From: Podarcis pityusensis
Lineage: Eukaryota
DNA: 64,000 nt
Strand: one strand, 5' to 3'
Assembly (NCBI GenBank): GCA_964106645.2
Contig: OZ067038.1
The notes under the pieces are model-generated. The model worked only from the letters and a program-made list of their open reading frames with translations, was not told the origin of the DNA and did not search any database. Both the position numbers and the translations under genes were made by a program. Of the stretch, positions 26,660 through 37,615 are shown piece by piece. The first letter of the stretch is position 1. Each line of letters opens with the position of its first letter.

Positions 26660-29600
26660 TGTCGCTTCAAAATCTAAATTGACCCATTTATCCCATAGGC
26701 AGGTTTCTTAAAAACTGTCACCGCTAGATCCATTCTCTCTCCTGACTACTAATTTCATTGTATATAAATTGCCTTTGGAGGGAGGGAGAATGAACTTCAC
26801 CCTCTTTCCATTTCCTGCAAGGGGAGATAAACCTCTCAGTACTTCATTACCGTTGGCTCTGATTGCGTTCAGCAGGTGTTTTTATCTTCCCTGCGTTTGG
26901 GTAACTCAAATTGGTGTATTAACAATTAATTATTTTCTTGAGATTACAAATTACAGGAACAGGGGAATTAGGGGGAAAAGATAATTTACAGTGTGGCGCA
27001 CGCTGCATTGTTCTTCTGTTCCCCCTTCCCAGCGGGTCAACTTTAACCATTAAGAAGATTTAAAAAGAAAAGAAAAACCCTCCCCCCAAAAGCCAGCACT
27101 GAGCATAACAGTCCAGCATAGACGCATCACATCACTATTTTTAAAAAGATAAAACCTGGGAGGGGGTCAAAAGTTAAGTCGATTTCACGATCCACACCCA
27201 GTTAAGGCTGCAATGTTGTACCAATTTATGTGGGAGTCAGCCTCACTGAACGAAATGTAGTCAAATACAGATATCTCGCCCACTGCAATTCTTTAACATG
27301 GAAGCTTGAAATCTCCATCATGTCTACGCCCAGGAAAGTGTGCGTAAGATTTCAGCCTTAGGCCCATTCCTAAATGGATCTTGTTCTCAAATAAGCATGC
27401 GTAGGAAAACTGCGTCTCAAGCGTCCCTTCGTTCCTTCCAGTACGAGCGACACAGAAGTCTCATATCTGTCCCTAGGAGTTAAATACACAAGACTTGGAG
27501 TGGCAGCCTTTACTGGACGTTCACTCCATCGACTTATGAGGGTCTCCTTCAAAGAAAATATGGGCCGCGCGATCCAGCTAAAATTAAGCTTGAAGCTCAG
27601 TGATTTTGCTTGGGGAAGAATTGAAAGCACGCGAACGAGTCTCCCGAACCTACAGCCAAACGATTTTGGGATGCTTCACTTTGGCTGGATTGGGCTCGTG
27701 TGGAAGACTGAAAAGTTTCTAGCACAAATAAGTCCTGAAACTGCATGGAAGCACTTAAAGAGGAGCACGCCGAAATTTGACACCAGAGCCGTTTCAAAAG
27801 TTTATCTTGTAGTACTCCAGTTAATTTCTCATCTCAGTACAATATCCAGGAATAATAACCCCTTTCCTTATTTTTTTTTAACCTTTACATAAATCGCTTT
27901 TCCTTTCTTAAATGTTGCTGGCGACACTTTTTCTTTATCTTAAATATGAAATAGGGAGCCACTGGACAATTCTGAGCACGCTTCCTAAGGAGAGCGACTG
28001 ATGTAGTTCAATTTATTTATGAGTTAATCTGCATAGGATTGCACTGATAGTAAAGCGTTTTGCATAATGAAAGCGGTGCAGACAAGGAAGCTGTCTTGAG
28101 AAAACCTCATTAAAATAATAATAAAAAAATTATCTGCATAGATAGATACACACAGATGTACATATACAGAGAGAGAGAAAGAGAGAGAGAGACCACAAGC
28201 GCTTTTAAACCAAATGTAGGAACTTAATATCTCATTGTCTTCAATGGGAGGCGGAAGCATTCATGATCATGCTGGAGCGATCAATGGGCCTTAAAGGGTT
28301 CTTAAGTTTGGCTGGGTCCTATCCATATGTATTTAGGAAGCCCACAATTATTTAGGCACATGTGACACCTGAACACGGTATCGCATTGAAATTAAAGCAA
28401 AAAGATGGCGGGGGGAGAGGGAGAAATTGCAAAAAAAAAACTCCTTTTCAAAAAAACCTTCTCTTTCTAAATCGTGAATCTGTGTTTAGACAAATGAATG
28501 AAAGAAAGAGAAACTGGCGATTAAAACAAGCAGCAACCCCAAAAGAAATGTAAACAGCGCTCGGTGAAGTTTAGGAGAGCGCAAAGCTGCACTCACCAGT
28601 TCGAAAAGGGCGAAGGAAGAAGAAGGCGGCGGCGGCGACCAAGCAGGTCGGATTCCTTGGGCTCCTTCTTCCTTTCCGCCGCAGGTAATTCTTCCCACCC
28701 GCTTCAAAAGGCAAACAAAGGCTCTCTCAGCGGCGCAATCGTCTTGGCTTTTCGTCACCTTGGCTCTTTGTCGCTCGAGTCTCCCCCTTTGAAAAGCAGG
28801 CAAAGTCTTCCTTCTCCTCGCCAGTTGTCAAAGGTCTACAGTGTTTCAATGGAAGAAAGCAGGATACATTTTACCCAGGTCATGACTCTTAAAATAACAA
28901 ATAAATAAAACTGAAGAAGAACGAATAGAGAAGGGGGGGTTGCTATTGTGGGGGGTTGTGCGGTGTAGAAAAGACGATCCAATTCTTGGCCCGTCCAAAT
29001 TTACAGATCGAAATGGAGGTAGATAGGGAGAGAGAATTCATAATATTTGATTTATTTATTTTTCCCGGGTGAAGGCCGAAGAATGGATATAGACAGAGGC
29101 TTTCCCATCTCTCTTCTCCTGAACCCCTCACCCCCCCTTAGGGAGAAGGCGGAATGGGGGCTGGCTGGCTTGAACTTCACCTACCCTGCTGCTGCTTGCT
29201 GCTGCTACTGCTGCCAGGATGGCTCGCTGAGATCCTTCGTCCAGCTGTTTTCCTTCCCAGAAGGTCCCGTCCTTCTGCCGTGGAGTCGAGAGGGCAGGTT
29301 CTCCGCTGAGAGGTAGGAAATCGCAGCAACTCCGCCCTCTGGGCACGATCACCCAAAGCCAGCCAAAAGAGCCACAGCCAGCCAACCCTAAAAAAACACC
29401 CTCTAATGATCTTCACCTTCACCTCTGGCTAACCCAAGAGCTCCGCCACTTTTTTTGACGCTGGGATCCCACCGCAGAGGCCTCCTGCACTAGACCCTCT
29501 TCCCCACCCCCATAACCACCACCACCTGAACCGAACGGGCCTCTGGCTGGAGAACATCTCGCTGGGTCTTCCATGGTTTCCGCACCAAGTCGCCTTCACC

Positions 29601-30379
29601 ATACGAGGACATCACAGCCTCCAATCTAGAGGAGCTGAGCTTAAGGCACGGGAACCTACCACAGGAGCCAATGCAGAAATATACAGCGGGGGGGATGCCT
29701 TCATTCACATGCAAATAGATCCACGAATATGAGAAGTTCATCATTTTAGAAAAAATGAAGGGAAAGAAAAGGGAATCCTAGTTATATTCCTGTCCTGGCG
29801 CAAACGACAGGGCTGGTGTGACATAGCGTGGAATTTCCTGTTCCAAACTTCCTCCCTACTCAGATAGCTCCAGTGTAAACGCCAGGTGAGTTCTGTTTGA
29901 CAAAGGAGTGGATTAAAGTTACCGAAGCTCACTATTAACAAACAAAAAAAAAAAAAGAGGGAGGGAGGAGGAAAGGGGGCATCTGAAGGTCAATTTCGGC
30001 AATTACAATCCCATAAAGGTTGAACAAGAGCACAGATTCTCAGACTAAAACAAAATGGGAGGGTTCCTCGAAAATCTATATCAATCTCTCATGGACAGCT
30101 TTGAGCTCCACCGTGTTTGATGCAGACGGTGCGATGCGATCAGCACCAGGAAAAGCGTGCTTGCCTGAGTCCCAAGGCCTCAGAACGCCGCTCTCCGGCA
30201 CCCTTCTTTCTCTAGGGCCAAATCAGATCTCTTTCTGACAGGCCAAGCCTAATGTTTTATTATGATTATTTTGATAGCGAGAAGAGAACCTCTCTGTTTT
30301 CGGTGCCAACTTCTCCGCAAATAAAAATGTCCTTAAAAGAACTTTCTAGGGAGAATTTTAGGTATGAACGGCGTTTGAC

Positions 30380-30380
<1 letters not shown>

Positions 30381-30412
<32 letters not shown>

Positions 30413-30456
30413 CGCCCATCTGACTGGGTTACCCCAGCCACTCTGGGCGGCTTCCC
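30381..30456 (-). mobile_element. Short L2-like 3' end with (TAT)n
   Basis: CCCATCTGACTGGGTTACCCCAGCCACTCTGGGCGGCTTCC is the reverse complement of 53569-53600. Confidence 0.65.
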
Positions 30457-30747
30457 ATAAATTAAATATGTCCGTGGAATGTATTGTTACTGAGTTCTTT
30501 TACAATCCAATATTTCCTTTATAGGCTGGCGTATTTGTTACCACCCCTCGTTCCCTTTCAGAGTTTAAACAGTCCCAAAATTTAAACCAAAGAACCACCG
30601 ACGAATAAATGTTTTTTTTAATTAAAAAAAAAACCAAACATACAACTGGGGTGAAAAAAAACGTGTATTTTCCACCAACATGCCTTGAAGGATATAGAAA
30701 CGCTAAATTTAAAAGTTGCCTAGAGCGCCAGGATATTATCACTGGGT

Positions 30748-30831
30748 GATATCCAACGTTAGCTATACTCAATGTAACTTAAGTCGGTTGATTTCAGTGG
30801 GTCTACTCTAAGTATGACTTTGTTGGATATC
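30748..30831. mobile_element. Palindromic MITE variant
   Basis: Perfect 10-bp inverted ends GATATCCAAC/GTTGGATATC around a GTTGATTTCAGTGGG core. Confidence 0.55.
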
Positions 30832-30866
<35 letters not shown>

Positions 30867-31964
30867 GGACAGGAAGATGGAGTGATAGTAATCAATCCGT
30901 CAGGATTTCACAAGTGAAAACTTTAAGGAAGTAATGTCCAGACCTTGAAGTGGTGACCATCAAGCATTCAGTTCCTTGGCAAACCAGGAGAAGTGCATGA
31001 GAAAGCAAAATGGTGTGGCCCATCTGCTGAGAGACAGAAGTAAATGAAATGAAAAGTTGAGGGCCAGAGTATTGGTGGCTTTGGGATACACGCTAACGTA
31101 TGTACAGGAGGACCTGAATGGTCACTGTAGCGATTGATCCGGAAAAACAGAACAAAAAGAAGCGCCGCCTTTCCAGGTAAAAGTAAATAAATGCACGCCT
31201 GGATGATATAACTCCAGGAAAGCTATTTCTCTGCCTTGCTCTCTTTCCGATTTATATACAGCACGCACACATACACACACCCTAGGTCTCGCGATGGCAC
31301 CCGAAGCGGTCTACAACCCCGTAATCAAAACAAAAGGCAATCTCGGGAGTTGGCAGATCAGAGGAGACGCCTCTTCTCTTCTGCCGTGACCCTCCCTTTC
31401 TCCACCTGGAGTAAAAAAAAAAAAAAGTGAGGAGGAATCACCTGAGCGCCTCAAGGTGCATCCAGCCCGTGACAGAAAGCCGGAGTTGCAAACGCCAAGT
31501 GCCTGTTTACACCTTCGAGGGGGAACTTACGCAGACACACACTTTCACACACAGCGAGACACACACAACCTCTTTTTCTTCAGGAATGACCATGCATCAA
31601 GTTTAGCTAGTTAAGGCTTATTGAGGGGGTGTGGGGAACCCCTATGCCTTCTATTAGGCTTGCAAATCTGGAACCTACCATATGCCATCACCAAGCCCCC
31701 TGCTGTCCCCACTTCTACACACTTCCAATGCAGGATCGGGTCAGAGTTTGGATTCCTCCCCCGCCCGTCTTTTTTGTTTTTTTGTTTTGCCAGTGCCACT
31801 GCAAATAGCAGGTTTAATTCCTGCTGCTGGATTCCCCACAATATGCAACCCATGGCAAGTGTTAAATAATACATCGGCCCCTTTGTCAGCTGCACCACCA
31901 GACGCCTCTCCTCCTTTGCTCGGCTTTGGCAAAGGATACAGACTCCATGTTGGAATCGGCACAG

Positions 31965-31965
<1 letters not shown>

Positions 31966-32002
<37 letters not shown>

Positions 32003-32010
32003 TACTACTA
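31966..32010. repeat. (TAT)n(TAC)n microsatellite
   Basis: Read directly; further (TAT)n at 30833-30864. Confidence 0.95.
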
Positions 32011-32474
32011 CCGGAAGTCTTCAGAATAACCTGTTCCTGCAACTCCCCCCCCCAAAAAAAAACCCTCTCTTTTTTTTAACCTCAGGATATTTGTTTTTTT
32101 AATTGTCGCCCAACGTTTCTGTGATTTCCGTCTTTGCAAACGATTCCCCATAACCCGAGGCTGGAGTCAGGCACGTCAAGAGAGCGCCCTTTGCGATTTC
32201 CACCCCAGCCAAGTCACTTTCTTTACAGAGTTAGGAGAACTTGGGGGTGGCTAGGTTTCCCCAGGTTTCCCCTACACTCACATACACCCCTAATTCTACT
32301 CCTTAATCACTCCATCCCTCTTTCCTTCGTGAAGAACATCAACTCTTCAGCAACCCCCTACCTCCCCCTTGTTTCCCAGCAATGTCAACATTTTCTCCTA
32401 TCCGTCGCCTAAAGTATCCCCTGGTTCCTCTCTCTCTCTCCTTTTTCCTTCTGGGGGGAGGAGAACTCCTTTTT

Positions 32475-32479
<5 letters not shown>

Positions 32480-32518
<39 letters not shown>
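32480..32518. repeat. (GA)n microsatellite
   Basis: Read directly. Confidence 0.95.
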
Positions 32519-32521
<3 letters not shown>

Positions 32522-32942
32522 TCTTTAAAGCGTTTGGCGATAGCATCTCCAGCAAAGAGATTATTTTTCATCCCCCCATTGTGAGCAGGGAGCCGGCTTA
32601 TTGCATTACTGCCGAACCCCTTGCCGACTACACAATTGTAACAAATGAACAACTTGTCCTCTAAGGACTCGCTGCGGGATCCAATTAGCCGAGAAACCCT
32701 CTGCACCGGGTTTTCTGAAGCGATTGGCAAGAATCGCTGCCCTCCTTCTCCCGAAATTCTTCCCCAAACCGGATGCCTTAAAAAAACACACACACACAAA
32801 AAACCCAGCCCTCGCTGCCACGCCACCCCTTCAGCCCAAAGCGAAAAGCAAACGGAACGGCCAGGCAGTAAGAAAACTTAAGCTCCTTACGTCAAACAGA
32901 CACTTGGGCTTCAGTAGAACTCTATCTCTATCTATCCTTCTA

Positions 32943-32946
<4 letters not shown>

Positions 32947-32994
<48 letters not shown>

Positions 32995-33177
32995 CAGTGC
33001 AATGCACTTCGTCAAAGGGCAAATTCCGCACATCACCTCAGAACCCATGACTTCATTGCTGTATTTCTTCCCTACCCTTCATTTCCTCCAGCGATTCCTT
33101 CCATCAAAACTTGGGCGCACGCGAGTGCAGTTCATTTTTAAATGGAAAGGGGGACGACAAATATACTTTTTCCAGGA

Positions 33178-33227
<50 letters not shown>
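32947..33227. repeat. Two long (TA)n microsatellites (32947-32992, 33181-33227)
   Basis: Read directly. Confidence 0.95.
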
Positions 33228-33230
<3 letters not shown>

Positions 33231-33973
33231 GCAAGCAGCCCCCCGCTTTTGAAAACACAAGAAAATGAAGCAGCGAGAGCTGTTTGTGGAGCTACGCACA
33301 CGCAGAACACCCGTAACTTAGGCACACATTCACAAGCACATAGGAAAGAAAGAGGGAGGGAAGGCCGTCTTCCTACCCGCCACCCCACTCCTGAAACTCA
33401 CAGCCCCATCCAAAACACGTTTACTCGGATGTAGGCCTGGCCGTTGCACTTACTTTCGGGCAAATACGTTTAGGAATGAGGCTCTTAAAAGTCAAGGGCT
33501 TCCAAGGCAATGTGCTTTGGAGCGGCTTGTTGGACTCTTTGAAATAGGGAAATGCAAACGGCCAGGAGTGGAATGCAAGCTTGCACGCATTCAAATGACC
33601 ATGTAAAGGTTGTTGTTAAATAATAACCCAGCATTGCTACGCCACTAGCCCTTCAAACGCAAAAGACCACAACACAAACTATCGAAAACCCTCCCTCGTA
33701 GAACAGTAATCAAGTATGTTTTCAAGGCAACATGTGCCAAATTTTCCATTTTTAAAAAAACACCACTCTCACACACCTACGAGTATTTTATTCTTATTGG
33801 GTCAGATTCTGAAAGCGGAACTAAAGGGGAAGTTCTTCATTTCTCTTAAACATTAAACTCCAGATTTGCTCTCGGATATTGTGGCAGATGGAGCAATTGA
33901 GAGGTGGGGCCTAACATTATGGGTCAGCTTCAGTTTCCTATTGTTTTAAAAGTCCTTTGGATGCTAAAACTTC

Positions 33974-33979
33974 TTTATT
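33974..33979 (-). terminator. FOXG1: Second poly(A) signal AATAAA
   Basis: tttatt on +, 53 nt downstream of the first signal. Confidence 0.5.
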
Positions 33980-34026
33980 TAAAAAAGACAAAAAAACTAT
34001 CGAGTATATATGAATTTAGCCTATTT

Positions 34027-34032
34027 TTTATT
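34027..34032 (-). terminator. FOXG1: Poly(A) signal AATAAA (proximal, probably main)
   Basis: Minus strand CACAGAAATAAAAAATAGGCTAAATTCATATAT, matching the recalled end of human FOXG1 mRNA; U-rich sequence follows. Confidence 0.75.
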
Positions 34033-34332
34033 TCTGTGTGTTCATAGTAAACATTTTTTTTTGTAAGTGACAAACACGGGCATATGACCACAGTATCACA
34101 ATCAAGATTTTTTTTTTTAAGACGACATTAACAATCACTCAAATTTATGCGGCATTTGCGCAACACAGGTTACATATTTGCAAGGTTTACCTATAAGTAC
34201 AATAGGTATTAACATTTCACTACATTTAAAAAAAAATAAAGGTGACCTGTTAGTGACCACATACATCAAAATATACACAACACAAACTGAAGGCAATTCA
34301 TGAATTTTTGTCCCCTCGGATTCATTTGAACG

Positions 34333-34339
34333 GGCAGTG
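34333..34339 (-). promoter_or_regulatory. miR-34/449 7mer-m8 site (CACTGCC)
   Basis: + strand GGCAGTG = miR-34a nt 2-8. Confidence 0.55.
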
Positions 34340-34420
34340 CTGCAAAACTGAAATGATATCCTTCTTGTTCTGATTTGCTGTATTTTATTTTATTTTTTAA
34401 AAAAACATTTCGTACACTGA

Positions 34421-34427
34421 GTGCATT
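34421..34427 (-). promoter_or_regulatory. miR-33 seed match (AATGCAC)
   Basis: + strand GTGCATT = miR-33 nt 1-7, next to the miR-9 site. Confidence 0.55.
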
Positions 34428-34441
34428 TTCTAAAAACCCAA

Positions 34442-34449
34442 TCTTTGGT
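34442..34449 (-). promoter_or_regulatory. miR-9 8mer site (ACCAAAGA) in FOXG1 3'UTR
   Basis: + strand TCTTTGGT = miR-9-5p nt 1-8; miR-9 regulation of Foxg1 is established. Confidence 0.85.
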
Positions 34450-34455
34450 CTAAAA

Positions 34456-34462
34456 GTAAACA
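34456..34462 (-). promoter_or_regulatory. miR-30 7mer-m8 site (TGTTTAC); second copy at 34047-34053
   Basis: + strand GTAAACA = miR-30 nt 2-8, present twice in conserved UTR blocks. Confidence 0.55.
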
Positions 34463-34700
34463 AAAGGAAAACAAAAAAGGGAGGGGGGAGAAAATTGGCT
34501 CTTTTTTAAAAAGGGGAGGGAGTAGAGAACAAAAGAATCCAGGGCCAAAATGCAATTATTGAGTTTCTCTGCCTAATTGTTCTGCTTCCACCACGCAAAT
34601 GACACTTTGCATCGTGGCGTTCATCAATTTATTATCATCATGATTAAATTTTAATTTTACTCTCATGGTCTGCACCCACCATCACATCCATGATAACTTA

Positions 34701-34708
34701 TAATACTG
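34701..34708 (-). promoter_or_regulatory. miR-200b/c/429 8mer site (CAGTATTA) in FOXG1 3'UTR
   Basis: + strand TAATACTG = miR-200b nt 1-8; Foxg1 is a known miR-200 target. Confidence 0.8.
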
Positions 34709-35227
34709 CAAACATGGAAAATCTGGTGGGTCGGCGTGAGGAGGGAAAAAACAACAATCCCAACACACCGGTGTCAAAGCGGAGTCCAAACGGCCAAAAA
34801 AGCAGTCACTAGTTTAGATATACCTTCTACAATCTTATTATTAATATTATTTATTTATTTAAACCCTTCCCAAAACTGCATCGTCTACAATGTATCCTTC
34901 TGATTTTATTATCATTATTATTATTTTTGCACATTTGCTGACTCGCCTCGCTTGGTTGGAATAAGAAACGACCCTAAAGACTTGAACAAACGTACAGAAA
35001 ATGGGGGTTAGAGGGTATGGGGGAAGAAACTTAATAAAAAATACCTGGACTTTTTTTTTTTCCTGGGTGAGTATTTTTTTTTCTCCTTTCTGTTTTGCTC
35101 ATTTTTTAAGTCTCTCGCTCGCTCGCTCGTTCTCTCGCTCTCGCTCTCGCTCTCTCGCTCCATTAGCATTTACAAGGTAAAGGTGTGTAAAATGTTCACT
35201 TACAGTCTCTTGACTTCCCCTTGGAGG

Positions 35228-36673
<1,446 letters not shown>

Positions 36674-37243
36674 CACACTCTAGGCGGAGGGGGAAAGTTG
36701 CACAGCCGGCAGGAAGAGGTGGTGGTGGCCGCAGGCGCTGGTGATGATGATGGGGGGCGCTGCTCGGTCCGTCCAGGAAGGCTGGAGGCTGCTGAGGAGC
36801 AGCGATGGGCAGCAGCAGCAGGAGAAGGAGCGAGGCAGCGGGAGCAGCAGCAGCAGCCAGGCACTTGCACCACCAGCTCCCGTGCTTGGCAAGGCATGTA
36901 GCAAGGACGCAGGAGCAGCCGGGGAAAAGGAAAGGAAAAAAAGAGATGAGGGACCCAGCAGCCAGGCAAGGAAAGCCAAGGCAACGGGCGGGTGGGGGAG
37001 GAAAGGGGGGCGCGGAAAGGTTTCCCCCCCTCGAGGAAAAAGAAAGGGTAAAAGGGGGGCTTTCCAAAGGGGAGGAAAAGATGGTCGCCCCCCTTGAAAA
37101 AAACGGAACCCCGAGTCCCCTCTGTCCAAAACTACTTCATGGTGCCTGGAGCCCCCCTAGTCCACCCGAGCAAGGGAGGGCGGGGGGGAAACCGGCAGCC
37201 GGGGCTGTGGATCAGAGCAGCCGAGACAGCTTTAGCTACAATT
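36674..37243 (-). other. FOXG1: FOXG1 5'UTR (approx.), GC-rich, with two uATGs (37140, 36897)
   Basis: Minus-strand AATTGTAGCTAAAGCTGTCTCGG at ~37243 resembles the recalled 5' end of human FOXG1 mRNA (AATTGTGGCTATAGCCGCCTCG). Only two minus-strand ATGs lie between there and the CDS. Confidence 0.65.
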
Positions 37244-37365
37244 AATTTCAGAGCTACAGACACACACTAGGGCTGTAAAAAAATTTTTGGTTTAACCTTT
37301 CCCACCGGCCGGCCAATCAGAGAGCGCGGCGTACAGGAACGTCTCCCCTGCGGCCGGCCAATCGG
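37225..37365 (-). promoter_or_regulatory. FOXG1: FOXG1 core promoter: twin CCAAT (NF-Y) boxes plus an A/T tract at about -30 to -45
   Basis: CGGCCGGCCAATC at 37306-37318 and 37351-37363. Minus-strand GAAAGGTTAAACCAAAAATTTTTTTACAGCCCTAGTGTG matches the recalled mammalian FOXG1 promoter. Confidence 0.8.
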
Positions 37366-37584
37366 CGGCGCGCTTTCTCCTCCTCTTCCCCTCGCGCTTT
37401 CTCTCCTTCGCCGCCTCCCTTTCACCCTTTCGCAGCCCTGACGGCGGCGCAGGGATACCAAAGGGGGCAGGCGCATCACCGCGGCAGGTTACCTTTTCCC
37501 CTCCTCTGAATCCCCCCTCCCCCTCCTTTTCCTTGGCAACACCCCACCCCCAAATCCACACACACCAGTTTCCCCACTCTCTCC

Positions 37585-37615
<31 letters not shown>

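Larger units (their letters stand above)
33960..35227 (-). other. FOXG1: FOXG1 3'UTR (~1.2 kb)
   Basis: Follows the stop codon; AU-rich; blocks near-identical to the recalled human 3'UTR (e.g. AGACTGTAAGTGAAC, TTTTAGACCAAAGATTGGG, the 34010-34310 block); ends at AATAAA signals. Confidence 0.85.

Noticed and set aside
30139-30159. REST/RE1-like ATCAGCACCAGGAAAAGCGTG
   Set aside because: Left half matches but the critical GGACAG half has two mismatches.
36674-36676. Track start giving MMLDMG
   Set aside because: 36676 is GTG; the conserved start is ATG at 36673.
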